A DNA stretch of 44,176 bases from a virus (lineage: Duplodnaviria > Caudoviricetes). Location: positions 1 to 44,176 of IMG/VR virus record IMGVR_UViG_3300046025_000011. The stretch is one strand, 5' to 3'. Shown here in pieces: positions 17,582 through 27,227 of the stretch. Every line of letters starts with the position of its first letter. Within the stretch, counting starts at the first letter, position 1. Below the pieces are notes generated by a model. The model worked only from the letters and a program-made list of their open reading frames with translations. It searched no databases and had not been told where the DNA came from. The translations under genes were made by a program, and so were the position numbers.

Positions 17582-19567
17582 ATGCGCCGGAAACACCTGC
17601 TGGAACGGTTTGAAGCCTTCCAGCGTCAGACAAACCGCTTTCTGGACCTACTGGCCCAGGAAGACGGCGTCGCCTACCGCGTTCCTTCCTTCGACCCGTC
17701 CGACGTCAAAACTGTTTCGACCGACTGGGACGGGGGCGAAGCGGAAGCGTCCTACCCGAACCCTTCAGCCGACGACACGGACCTGGACTTCCTGGCAGAC
17801 CACTACCTACTGGTCCCCGGCGAAGACGCCGACCGGACCGTGAAGTCGAACTACAAGATGCCCATCCGGATGGGTCCCGGCGGCCCTGTGAACACGAACG
17901 CCGTGGAAGCGGCCATCGCCGCCATCAACGGGGCCAGGGGCGGCGTGGAAGGCGTCAGCGAAGACGCCCTACGCCGCGCCTACGACAACGCCGTGGACAT
18001 CCTGGTCGCCGCTGGCGTCTACGACGAAGCGGACGACGCGCCGGACTTCGATCCGGCGAACGTGTCCGCGTCGATCGTCGATGACCAGGACGACCCGGAC
18101 GATGGTCAGGCCGATGCATCCGGAGCTGACCAGGACCCGACCGATGACCCGCCCGGCGGCGACGACCAGGCCCAGGCTGGCGACCAGGACGGCGCGGACG
18201 ACGTCTTCGATGACGTCGATCTGACCGCCCAGGTCACGGCCCGGTTCAGTCCGGACGACGGCCTGACGCATCGGGAAGCCATCGCCCAGGCCGGCGGCGT
18301 GGAAGCGTCCGCCGATGGGCTGGTCGGCATCATCTGGGGCGCGGGAAACCACGACCTGGGGCTGGGCGGCGAACCTACGCGGGTTCACGTCCCCCCGAAA
18401 ACGGTGGAACCCACGTTCCAGGCGCTGAACGAAGACGTCCAGGCGGACCAGGTCGAAATCGGCCTGGACCACGCCCCCGACGACAGCGTCCTGGCCCAGT
18501 CCGGGCTCCGGGAAATCGCTGTCGCGGACGACGTAGCGATGGCCGCCGACGGGAAGAACATCGTCCTGACGGACAGTTCGTTCACGTCGGACCAGGCGCT
18601 ACAAGCCCACGAACAGGGCGAATTCGACCACTTCGACTTTTCGGTGGTCGCGGACGTCGCGATCCGGACAGAAGAAGACGGGAACCGCGTGACCACGGAA
18701 GCCGGTCGCCTGGTTCTGGACGCGGTCCGCGTCACGCGGATCGACGTCGTGGAAGAAGGCGCGGTGAACGCCGCCAGTGTAGGCCGGGTTCCGGAGCTAG
18801 CCGCTGGACTGGAAACGGTCCAGCAGGCCGCCCAGAACCTGAACCAATCGAACACCCAGGACGCGGTCCAGGCGCTTCAGGCGTCCGCGACCGCCCTGGA
18901 CGACCTTTCGAAAACCATGCAAAACGGAGACATCGACCCTGACGACGTCGATGACCTGGACGCCGCGAAGGAACAGCTTTCCGCGGCGGCTGACGTCATC
19001 GACGATCTTCAGGAAGACAAGGACAGCCTTTCGGCCCAGGCTTCGGCGTTCGAAGACGTCGCGTCCGCCCACGGGGTGGACGTCGACGACTACGACGACG
19101 TCGAAGCGGCGGCCCAGGCTGTCGTAGACGAACAGACCGAAGACATCCGGGCGTCCATCGCCCAGATCGAATCCGAACTACCCAGCTTCGACATCGACGA
19201 CGTCGAAGCGCGCCAGGAAGACCTGACGGGTCGTTCGAAGGACGACCTGCAGAACCTCCTGAACGCCCGGAAGGCGGACAAGCTGGATGCGGTCGAAGCC
19301 CAGCAGAACAAGGGCCGGGCCGCGTCGAAGAAGGACCAGTCGTCCGGTCGATCTTCCGCCCTTCAGGCCAGCGGGTCTGGCGACGCCGACGCCGACGAAC
19401 TGGCGCTGGCGGCGCTGGGCGGACGCGACCGAATCGAACAGCAGGCGGGCGACAAGTCGCCCGCGGCGTTCGTCGCGGAAAAGTACGACGTCCAGGCGTC
19501 CCAGTACGACGCCCCGGACGAACTGGCCGACGACATCAACGCCGCCGCTGCTGGGGGCGATAACTGA
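17582..19567 (+). CDS. Putative prohead protease/scaffold fusion
   Basis: Position before decoration and capsid genes; N-terminal YKMPI...AAINGARGGV domain, central GLDH...FSV region, C-terminal coiled coil. Confidence 0.6.
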   Translation: MRRKHLLERFEAFQRQTNRFLDLLAQEDGVAYRVPSFDPSDVKTVSTDWDGGEAEASYPNPSADDTDLDFLADHYLLVPGEDADRTVKSNYKMPIRMGPGGPVNTNAVEAAIAAINGARGGVEGVSEDALRRAYDNAVDILVAAGVYDEADDAPDFDPANVSASIVDDQDDPDDGQADASGADQDPTDDPPGGDDQAQAGDQDGADDVFDDVDLTAQVTARFSPDDGLTHREAIAQAGGVEASADGLVGIIWGAGNHDLGLGGEPTRVHVPPKTVEPTFQALNEDVQADQVEIGLDHAPDDSVLAQSGLREIAVADDVAMAADGKNIVLTDSSFTSDQALQAHEQGEFDHFDFSVVADVAIRTEEDGNRVTTEAGRLVLDAVRVTRIDVVEEGAVNAASVGRVPELAAGLETVQQAAQNLNQSNTQDAVQALQASATALDDLSKTMQNGDIDPDDVDDLDAAKEQLSAAADVIDDLQEDKDSLSAQASAFEDVASAHGVDVDDYDDVEAAAQAVVDEQTEDIRASIAQIESELPSFDIDDVEARQEDLTGRSKDDLQNLLNARKADKLDAVEAQQNKGRAASKKDQSSGRSSALQASGSGDADADELALAALGGRDRIEQQAGDKSPAAFVAEKYDVQASQYDAPDELADDINAAAAGGDN

Positions 19568-20133
19568 TGACGAACGAATACGTCTACAGCGAAGGCCGGG
19601 AAGTCCCCGTGGAAGTCCTGGCCGACGGAACCGGAACCGTCGCGCGTGAAGGCGAAGGCGTCGCCCTGGTCGGGGAAAACGCCGACGCCGTCACGGTCGA
19701 ACTGGTCGAAGCGGAAAGCGACCGCGCGGTCGGCATCCTGACCGAAGACCCGCGGGACTTCCAGATGGACGAAGACGCCGCCCAGGCCGACTACGCGGCT
19801 GGGGACAGCGCCGGGATGGCGTCCACTGCCATCCTGTTCCCCATCGTCTGGGTGGACACGGACGGCGGCTACAACCCATCCGTAGGCGACTACGCGAAGA
19901 TGGCCGACGGTGGGGACATCGAAGCCTTCACTGGCCCGACCGCGTCCGGCCTGGGTGGAGCTGTCACGAACAACCTGGGCATCGACGGAAACGGGAACCT
20001 GGAAACCGACAACGGCGGGGACATCGACGTGAACTTCACTCAAGACGCGTTCCCGTTCGGGACCGTGTTCACGACCATCGCCCGTGAGTGGGGCGTCGGT
20101 GATCGAACCGGCGTCATCAAGGGGGTGCTGTAA
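19567..20133 (+). CDS. Putative head decoration/cement protein
   Basis: Gly/Ala-rich, beta-rich 188 aa between scaffold and major capsid genes. Confidence 0.55.
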   Translation: MTNEYVYSEGREVPVEVLADGTGTVAREGEGVALVGENADAVTVELVEAESDRAVGILTEDPRDFQMDEDAAQADYAAGDSAGMASTAILFPIVWVDTDGGYNPSVGDYAKMADGGDIEAFTGPTASGLGGAVTNNLGIDGNGNLETDNGGDIDVNFTQDAFPFGTVFTTIAREWGVGDRTGVIKGVL

Positions 20134-20136
20134 ACC

Positions 20137-21231
20137 ATGACCTGGACACTTCGACAGGCGAACCTGCTTTCGCCCGACGCGATCCTGAACGACATCGTCC
20201 GCCAACTGAACCAGATGGAAGACACGGGTCGTCTCATCGTAGGCGACGTCTTCCCGATGGTCGAACTGTCGGACAGCAAGGAAACGTACTTCACCCACGA
20301 CGGGCTTCGGACCGGGATGGACCCGACCGCGCTGGGTTCGGAAAGCCCGGTCGGTGACATCGAAGACCTGGGGACCGAAGACGTCACGGTCCACACGTAC
20401 AAAAAGAAAATCCAGGCCGACAAGGGGGCCGATACGGAGCTGAACAGCCAGCAGGAAATCCTGAACCTCTACGAAGCCATCGTGTCCGCGCTTCGTGAAG
20501 ACGTCGTCCTGACGCGCGCGAAGGCCGCCTGGCAGGGCGACGCGAACATCGACGGCATCATCGGGGAAGACGGCGCGACGGCCCACCCTGACCTGGACAG
20601 TTCCCACGTCGTCACGCCGGGGACCGCCTACAGCGACACGGCGAACTCCACGCCCCTGACGGACTTCCTGGAAGCGGAAGAACGCATCAACCAGGACGGC
20701 GGCGACCTGGGCGCGGCTGGGTCCATCACGGCCTACGTGACGCCCAGCGAACTGACGGACCTGAAGCAGAACGACGACCTGACCGGGAAGTATCGGGACA
20801 TCGCCGCGCTTTCCGACGAACAGGTCGCGGAAGCCCTGCAGGTGGACCGCATCGTGACGGTCCGGACCCAGGTCCCCCGGAAGGACGCGAACGGGAACCT
20901 GGTCGATGAAAACGGGAACGTCGTGGAAGACGCGTCCAACGCGGCCCGCGACAACATCCTGGAACCCCACGACGGGGCGTCCAACGTCCGGAACATCGTC
21001 ATCATGGCCCCCGGTCAGGAAACGGCCTTCATGCCGTGGTTCGCCGCCCGGCTGGCCGAACGCGCGTCCGGCGTCGATCCGACCGGCGACTTCGCGGTGG
21101 ACATGACGAACGGTTGGATGTCCCAGACGTGGACCCAGCCCGATCCCGCCGTGTCCTGGTTCAAGGTCGCCCAGGAATTCGGCTTCCACGTCCGTCGCCC
21201 CGGAAACATCGTCGTCATCCAGGACATCTAA
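20137..21231 (+). CDS. Major capsid protein (HK97 fold)
   Basis: 364 aa at the expected position; C-terminal FGFHVRRPGNIVVI resembles typical capsid protein ends. Confidence 0.75.
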   Translation: MTWTLRQANLLSPDAILNDIVRQLNQMEDTGRLIVGDVFPMVELSDSKETYFTHDGLRTGMDPTALGSESPVGDIEDLGTEDVTVHTYKKKIQADKGADTELNSQQEILNLYEAIVSALREDVVLTRAKAAWQGDANIDGIIGEDGATAHPDLDSSHVVTPGTAYSDTANSTPLTDFLEAEERINQDGGDLGAAGSITAYVTPSELTDLKQNDDLTGKYRDIAALSDEQVAEALQVDRIVTVRTQVPRKDANGNLVDENGNVVEDASNAARDNILEPHDGASNVRNIVIMAPGQETAFMPWFAARLAERASGVDPTGDFAVDMTNGWMSQTWTQPDPAVSWFKVAQEFGFHVRRPGNIVVIQDI

Positions 21232-21234
21232 ACG

Positions 21235-21621
21235 ATGTCCCGGAAACTCAAATGGCCGGAAGGCCGCGGCGACTTCGTGGACCGGGACCCGGACCGGACC
21301 GCGGAAGCTGGCGACACGGACGGACGGGGACGGTTCCGCGCGACGCCAGGGACCGTCATCCAGATCGACGACCCCGACGTCGCGGACCACTACCTGGACC
21401 GCGGCTGGGTGGTCGCTGAAGCCGACGACGACGTCGGCAGTTCGGACACGGACGACGAACCGATGCCCTGGGACGACTTCCAGGACATGGGCTACGAAGA
21501 CCGTGTCGCGGCTGTCGAAGCCGGCGACGTGGACCACCTGCTGGACCAGATCGAAGACGAAGACGACAGTTCAAACGTCCAGGAAGCAGTCGAACAGCGC
21601 CGGACGGAAGTCGGGGGCTGA
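21235..21621 (+). CDS. Hypothetical head-associated protein
   Basis: Acidic ORF immediately after the capsid gene. Confidence 0.65.
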   Translation: MSRKLKWPEGRGDFVDRDPDRTAEAGDTDGRGRFRATPGTVIQIDDPDVADHYLDRGWVVAEADDDVGSSDTDDEPMPWDDFQDMGYEDRVAAVEAGDVDHLLDQIEDEDDSSNVQEAVEQRRTEVGG

Positions 21622-21624
21622 ACG

Positions 21625-22242
21625 ATGCCTGGTCTGGTGGACGTCGCCTGGTTCGTCTATTCGAATTCCGGGCCGGCCCTGGACCTGGCGTTCATCGGTC
21701 TGGTCGTTCTGGGCTACAAGTTCGAAATCCAACCGCGGCTGACAGACCTGGAAGACGTCCAGGACGACCACGCCGACGACCTGCAGAACAAGGCGCTGAA
21801 CGCGTCCGAACGCGACGTGATGCTGGAAAATGCACACGAACGCGTCGACGATGCAGAAGACCTGGCCCAGCAGGCCGAAGAAGCGCGCGCGTCACTACGC
21901 GCCCGCATCAACCGTCTGGAACGCCGGGAAGCCTGGCGGTCCGGCGGCGGCGAAGACGACGGGGGCGGTCCCCCGCCCATCGGCCCGGACGGCCAGCGCG
22001 ACGCCCATCAGTCCGTTTCCCCCGATGGCGGACAGCCCCCGCCCGGCGGCGACCCTGGCCGGAACGCGATGACCGACGGCGGCGCGACGGCGTCCCAGGA
22101 AGCCCACGGGTCCGATGACGACCACCTGGACCTGACGCTGAACATCGACGTCGAAGGCGACGGCTACGTCCACGTCGAAACGACGCCGACCGGGACGTCC
22201 TGGATGCCGGACATCTGTTCAGGCGGTGGTTCTGATGGCTGA
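21625..22242 (+). CDS. Membrane-anchored coiled-coil protein
   Basis: Hydrophobic N-terminus, then a heptad-rich segment and a Gly/Pro linker. Confidence 0.65.
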   Translation: MPGLVDVAWFVYSNSGPALDLAFIGLVVLGYKFEIQPRLTDLEDVQDDHADDLQNKALNASERDVMLENAHERVDDAEDLAQQAEEARASLRARINRLERREAWRSGGGEDDGGGPPPIGPDGQRDAHQSVSPDGGQPPPGGDPGRNAMTDGGATASQEAHGSDDDHLDLTLNIDVEGDGYVHVETTPTGTSWMPDICSGGGSDG

Positions 22243-22690
22243 AGTCCAGGACGCCGACCTGGGCGACGGATCGAACCAGGACTACTGGGCGACGACCGCC
22301 CAGGTCCGCGACCGCCTGCAGATCGAAATCAAGAACCAGGAACCCGACTTCGAAACCGCCATCATCGAAGCGACCGACGCCATGCAGTCCCGCTGGGAAG
22401 GCGCGACAGGGAAGACGTCCGGCGACTACCCGGCGGACGTTCCGTCGCTGCTGCAGTACGCGACGGCCTACCTGGCGGCGTCGGAAGCCCATCTACACTT
22501 CGCCGCGAACGTCAGCGGCGAAAACCAGGGGGACCAGAAACACGTCTTCCTGGAGAACAAGGCGGAGCAGAAGTTCAGCGACTGGAAACAGCAGGCCGAC
22601 CTGGACGCCGGGTCCGAACCCGCGGGCTCCGATGACGGCATCGGGTCCGTGTCCGGACGTCGGGGAAGTCTGACGGACGACATCATCTAA
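22235..22690 (+). CDS. Putative head-tail adaptor
   Basis: YWATTAQVRDRL...VPSLLQYATAYLAA pattern; position in the neck region. Confidence 0.6.
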   Translation: MAEVQDADLGDGSNQDYWATTAQVRDRLQIEIKNQEPDFETAIIEATDAMQSRWEGATGKTSGDYPADVPSLLQYATAYLAASEAHLHFAANVSGENQGDQKHVFLENKAEQKFSDWKQQADLDAGSEPAGSDDGIGSVSGRRGSLTDDII

Positions 22691-22692
22691 CC

Positions 22693-23202
22693 ATGTCAGG
22701 AAACACCGTAGAACTGGACATCGACGTGGACGGGGCGACGCGCGCCCTGGACCGCATCCAGGACAGCGTCCCGGATGCCGGTCGATCTGCCGTCCGTCAG
22801 CTCACCGTCCTGGCCGAAGGGGCGATGAAGCGGGAAGCGCCGGAAGGCGCTGGCCGCCAGGCCCACCTTCGGGACACGATCCGGACGGAATTCGACCGCG
22901 GCGGCCTGCAGGGACTGGTTCGGCCCCAGAAGAAGGTCAGCGACGGCATCCCCCTGGTCGAAATCCTGGTAAACGGGGCGTCCTGGGACCCGGACAGCCC
23001 ACCGCCGCTAGCTCCGCTTCAAGAGTGGACGGCGGCGAAGTGGGGCGATGGGTCCGTGGAAGCGGCGGCCATCCTTCGGAACCACCTGGTCGAAGAAGGG
23101 ATGGACCCGAACCCGTTCGTCGCCCGGTCCATCCGCGACTGGCAAGACCAGGTCGAAGACATCGCTGGACGCGCTGTCCGCGACGAACTGGGGGTGGACT
23201 GA
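22693..23202 (+). CDS. Neck protein, HK97 gp10-like
   Basis: MKREAP...LRDTI...GMDPNPFV pattern. Confidence 0.65.
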   Translation: MSGNTVELDIDVDGATRALDRIQDSVPDAGRSAVRQLTVLAEGAMKREAPEGAGRQAHLRDTIRTEFDRGGLQGLVRPQKKVSDGIPLVEILVNGASWDPDSPPPLAPLQEWTAAKWGDGSVEAAAILRNHLVEEGMDPNPFVARSIRDWQDQVEDIAGRAVRDELGVD

Positions 23203-23205
23203 CCG

Positions 23206-23733
23206 ATGCCCATCGACCTGTCGAACCCGTCCGGCTTTTCGAAAACCTGGGACGACATCGTCACGGCGTTCCGGGAAGTCGCCATCGACCAGCCGATGAA
23301 CGGCGGGAACCTGACCGACGGAAACGGCGACCCGGTCCTAAACGACCACATCACGGGTCCGGTAGACGGTCAGACGCTGGCGTCCCAGTACGCCTACCCG
23401 GTCGTGTGGTCCGTTCCCCAGACCTGGAACCCAGACTACCGGACGACGTCCGCCGACCACGGCGAACTGCAGGCCCAGGTCGTGGTCTTCACCCAGGACC
23501 AGGACCAGGACTACGCGTTCCGGAAAGCCCGTGAACTGCTGGCCCGGATCGTGACGAACATCGAAGACGACAGGGAACTGTCCGCGGGGACGACCGACGC
23601 CGCCGGGAAAGTCGGCGGGACCTGGATGACGAACTTCCAGATGGACTACGTCCTGGCGTCTGGGGGCGGTCAGCGCGCCCAGATAAACTACGGCCAGGCG
23701 CTGTTCCAGATCGACGCGAAACGACTACTGTAA
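23206..23733 (+). CDS. Putative tail terminator/completion protein
   Basis: Size and position before the tail tube gene. Confidence 0.5.
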   Translation: MPIDLSNPSGFSKTWDDIVTAFREVAIDQPMNGGNLTDGNGDPVLNDHITGPVDGQTLASQYAYPVVWSVPQTWNPDYRTTSADHGELQAQVVVFTQDQDQDYAFRKARELLARIVTNIEDDRELSAGTTDAAGKVGGTWMTNFQMDYVLASGGGQRAQINYGQALFQIDAKRLL

Positions 23734-23737
23734 CACG

Positions 23738-24175
23738 ATGACACGAAAACTACCTACGACCGACGCGGGCCAGGACGTCATCCAGTTCCGCGGCCCACAG
23801 ACGTCGGTCACGCATGACGGGACGGGCGTCCACTTCGGGACCGAACACCGTCACGACCAGGTCGCCCACCGGGCCTACCCGGTGGTCGATCCGGACGCTG
23901 ACCCGGATGACGTTCCGGACCACGCGGTCGCCCGTCCCGTAGCCGAACAGCTTGTCGAACAGTCGCCCCTGGTCTGCTGGGGCGTCGCCTGCGAACACGT
24001 CGATGCGAACGGCGTGGTCTGTGGGGAAGTCTTCGAAACCCCACGCGGCGAAGCCAGTCACTACGGAAGCGTCCACGGCGACGCGGACGCGTCCGGAGCT
24101 GACCAGGACGACGAATCGACCGAAACAGACGACCAGTCCGTCGGGGACACTGAAGCCGGTGGGGGTGAAGCCTAA
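23738..24175 (+). CDS. Hypothetical protein with C2H2-like finger
   Basis: CEH...CGEVF......SHYGSVH. Confidence 0.6.
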   Translation: MTRKLPTTDAGQDVIQFRGPQTSVTHDGTGVHFGTEHRHDQVAHRAYPVVDPDADPDDVPDHAVARPVAEQLVEQSPLVCWGVACEHVDANGVVCGEVFETPRGEASHYGSVHGDADASGADQDDESTETDDQSVGDTEAGGGEA

Positions 24176-24178
24176 CCC

Positions 24179-25192
24179 ATGAGCATCGGACAAATCCCGT
24201 CCAGTTACCGCGGCTACGTAGGGATGGCGAAGGAAGGGTCCTACAAGGCCGGCGGGGCTCCGGCGTACTACGTCGATGCCTTCAGCGACGGCTTCGAAGG
24301 CGACAACCAGACGGACTACCAGAACACGACCCGCGCCAGGGAGAACATCAAGGGCGAAGCCGGCGCGTTCGACGCGTCCGGTTCGCTGGACCTGCCGGCG
24401 AACCCGGAAAACGGGATCGGCCTGCTTCTGCTGGCCTGCTTCGGGTCGGAAGTGTTCACGGCTCAAGACCCCGACGGCGACAGTACGAACGAAGTCGGGA
24501 AACACGCCTACACGCCGGCGGAAACGACGCCCAGCCTGGCTGTCGAAGTCGGGCTGGACACCCACGTCGTTCGCTACGACGGCGTCGGGGTGGACACGCT
24601 GGAATTCAGTCACGCCGCCGAAGATCGACTGACCGTGTCCACGGACCTGCCGGCGTCCGAACCGGACAGCAGCGTGAACGCCGCCAGTCCGACCTACAGC
24701 GACCTTCGGAACTTCTGGTTCCAGGACGCGACCATCAACCTGCTGGGGGCGGACCGGACCGCTGACGTCCAGGACCTGACCGCGACGTTCACGAACGACA
24801 TCACGCGCTACTGGCGCGGAAGTCGCGTTCCCGACAAGGCCGGCCTGGGCCAGCTTGTCGCGGAGTACGAAGTGACGGTGGACTTCGAAAACGAAGACAT
24901 CTGGGAAGCGTTCCTGGGCGACCCGACGGGGAACCCGACGACGCCGCAGGACACGCTGGGAACGGTCGCGTTCGACGCGACCTGGTCGTCCGCGGAAACC
25001 ATCGACGACACGACCGAACCCTACAGCCTGCAGGTCGAAAGCCCCCAGTGTATCGTGGACACGCGGTCCGCGAACCTGAACGAAAACGACCTGATAGCTG
25101 AAAACGTGACCCTGACCGCGGTGAAGGACATCGGCGGCATCGGGGCCAGCGCCCAGGTCACGCTGAAGAACGGCATCACGTCCGCCTACTGA
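24179..25192 (+). CDS. Major tail (tube) protein
   Basis: 337 aa, beta-rich, YVGMAKEGSY start; no sheath gene seen, which implies a non-contractile tail. Confidence 0.75.
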   Translation: MSIGQIPSSYRGYVGMAKEGSYKAGGAPAYYVDAFSDGFEGDNQTDYQNTTRARENIKGEAGAFDASGSLDLPANPENGIGLLLLACFGSEVFTAQDPDGDSTNEVGKHAYTPAETTPSLAVEVGLDTHVVRYDGVGVDTLEFSHAAEDRLTVSTDLPASEPDSSVNAASPTYSDLRNFWFQDATINLLGADRTADVQDLTATFTNDITRYWRGSRVPDKAGLGQLVAEYEVTVDFENEDIWEAFLGDPTGNPTTPQDTLGTVAFDATWSSAETIDDTTEPYSLQVESPQCIVDTRSANLNENDLIAENVTLTAVKDIGGIGASAQVTLKNGITSAY

Positions 25193-25210
25193 ACAGGCTG
25201 ACGATGCCAT

Positions 25211-25236
25211 CGCCCAGCTTTCGGGCGCTTTTCTTC
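25211..25236 (+). terminator. Hairpin with T-tract after the tail tube gene
   Basis: cgccc-agctttc-gggcg followed by cttttctt. Confidence 0.55.
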
Positions 25237-25381
25237 CCGTGTTAGGAACATCTTAACGGGTCATTACTGAATCTGTAGGATGCCCATAACAAAGTGGGCA
25301 TCTTGTGAAACAGTGACAACGGTCCTGGTCGGGGGCGTCGAAGGAAGAACCTACCCGTCAGGGACCGGGGAGGAACGTACC

Positions 25382-25852
25382 ATGACCCAGACCACGGCGA
25401 CGTCGACGACCGACGGAACAGACTTCGAAACGCTGGCGGACAAGCTGGACCAGGCCGACGCCCCGGCGGCGGACGGCGTCAGCCAGATCGACCTGGACCA
25501 TATCCTTCGCCTGCTGTCGAACGAACGGCGACGGGTCGCCCTGGCGGCCATCGCGGAACACGGGACAATCCGGAAGTCGCGGCTGGCCGACCTGGTCGCC
25601 GCGCGGCTGGCCGGGACGGACCCGGACGACGTGGACCGGGACTTCCGAAAGACGGTGTACGTGACGCTGCATCAGGACCACCTGCCGAAGCTGGCGGACC
25701 ACGACGTCGTTCGGGACGATGACGGGGCGTTCAGCCTGGGCGCGAACGCGGACCAGGTAGTGGACATCCTGGGACGGATCGAACAGAACCAGGCCGTCCT
25801 GGACGCGGTCGGGAACGCGCTGGGCCGTGTCACGAAGGCGTTCCGGAGCTGA
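25382..25852 (+). CDS. Haloarchaeal winged-helix protein (DUF7344-like)
   Basis: LLSNERRR...LADLVAA...RKTVYVTLHQDHLPKLADHDVV signature; ATG 25382 is the likely start. Confidence 0.75.
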   Translation: MTQTTATSTTDGTDFETLADKLDQADAPAADGVSQIDLDHILRLLSNERRRVALAAIAEHGTIRKSRLADLVAARLAGTDPDDVDRDFRKTVYVTLHQDHLPKLADHDVVRDDDGAFSLGANADQVVDILGRIEQNQAVLDAVGNALGRVTKAFRS

Positions 25853-25882
25853 CGACGCGGACCGCGTCGATCTTCTTCGCTG

Positions 25883-26094
25883 TTACAGCGTCGTAAGAGC
25901 GTAGCGACCGCGCCCAGTCGGCCTGTTCTCCCTCTTTTCGGTAGAACAGGCCCGGCCCCACGTCTATCCATACGAAAAATGTGTAAGCGGTAGCGGTGGA
26001 AAGAAGAAAGGGTGTTAGCCTATCTTCATTTTCCCCCGTTCGTGGGCTTCGTGTTCTGACGCGGTTTCGTGGTCATGTTCTTACGACGCTGTAA
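25883..26094. repeat. 16-bp perfect inverted repeat flanking a lower-GC spacer; candidate replication origin
   Basis: ttacagcgtcgtaaga (25883-25898) and tcttacgacgctgtaa (26079-26094). Confidence 0.7.
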
Positions 26095-26100
26095 GTGGGT

Positions 26101-26823
26101 TCAGTCGTCCGCGTGTTCGGCCTGCAGTAGCTCCGGACGCTTCAGGACAAGCACCTTCGACGTGTCGTTCCCGTCCGTCCACGGGTCCGACCAGGACGGA
26201 ATGAACCTGAACGCGCCGTCGTCGATGCTGTCGTCTTCGCCGCCGGACTTCCGGGCGACCATCTTCATGGCGCGGTAGACTTCGTTCCATGCCAGACCGC
26301 CCCGGTCGTAGCCGTGTTCCTTCAGCGCCTGTTCCAGAAGCTGTTTTACCTTCGCGCGACCATCGTTCCCGGTCGCGGTGGACAGGACGGGACCGTTCTT
26401 CGTCTGTCGCGCCCAGTCGCTGAAGTTTTCGTAAAGGAACGCGGCGCGTCGATCTGAAGGACCCAGGCTGTCCCGCGCTTCGGGCGGGATGGCGGCGAAC
26501 TGCTGGATGGTCGTGGGCTGTTCGACAACTTCCTGGGCGCTGTCTTCTTCCAGGTCGCTGACGCGGCCAGCGATGCCCTGGGCTTCCAGCGCCTGGGCGT
26601 AGGCGATGCCGGACTGATGGCGGTCGAAGCGGTCCTGCAGGGCGCGGACTTCGTCAGATAGGTCCCCGACCAGGTGGGCCAGGTCCCTGATGGCGTCCGC
26701 GGCTTCGTCCGGCTGGGCGTCGCCCTGTTCGATGCGATCCGCGACGTCTTCGGCCTGGCGCTGGACAGCGACCACGCCGGGGACGTCGGTTCCGTCGTCC
26801 GTGTCGTCTGTATTCGTGGACAT
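26101..26823 (-). CDS. Coiled-coil plus putative DNA-binding protein; candidate replication/regulatory protein
   Basis: Acidic heptad-rich N-terminus and a more basic C-terminal domain (LAWNEVYRAMKMVA); lone minus-strand gene next to the inverted repeat. Confidence 0.6.
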   Translation of the reverse strand: MSTNTDDTDDGTDVPGVVAVQRQAEDVADRIEQGDAQPDEAADAIRDLAHLVGDLSDEVRALQDRFDRHQSGIAYAQALEAQGIAGRVSDLEEDSAQEVVEQPTTIQQFAAIPPEARDSLGPSDRRAAFLYENFSDWARQTKNGPVLSTATGNDGRAKVKQLLEQALKEHGYDRGGLAWNEVYRAMKMVARKSGGEDDSIDDGAFRFIPSWSDPWTDGNDTSKVLVLKRPELLQAEHADD

Positions 26824-27181
26824 CGTTCGGTCTGTGGGCGACGAAGACCCGGCGCGGTAGGGGACTCCGCGATGACGACCGAACGATTAAAACCGTGACG
26901 CGGCGTAGGATGAACCACGCCCGGCGTCGTTCGGTTTTCATCACGACGTCCGCGGCGGAAGCCCCGCCAGGGCATCGGCCCGTTCAATCGGGCCGTGTTT
27001 CCAGACCGCGTAGCCGTGTCTTCGTCATCACTGAACGAAGTAGGACACTCCTATGAATCCTTCGGATGTCCTGACAAGCCGCCGTATTCCGCAAAATTGG
27101 GATGTAGGGACCCGTTACGTGTCACTTTCACTTTCAGCGCGGGCGGTAAGACGACGTTTCCCAGTCCAGGGTTCCCCCCGT

Positions 27182-27204
27182 CACTACGTCCGTCCAGGTT
27201 AAGG
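27182..27204 (+). promoter_or_regulatory. Putative late-class promoter restarting the tail operon
   Basis: CACTACGTCC-N7-TTAAG; ATG 27228 lies 29 nt from the TT. Confidence 0.6.
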
Positions 27205-27227
27205 ACAGGCTATCTGAAAGGTCTGGT

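Noticed and set aside
19363-21537. Long antisense ORFs (also 3527..4774, 8845..9999, 23750..25210, 33578..34588)
   Set aside because: They shadow well-supported plus-strand genes, have Val/Arg/Gly-rich composition unlike this acidic proteome, and are expected at high GC.
26961-27153. Sixth, minus-strand copy of the leader element (cgtcttaccgc and ccctggcggggc fragments)
   Set aside because: The two fragments are about 170 nt apart and no pseudoknot domain follows; this may be chance.
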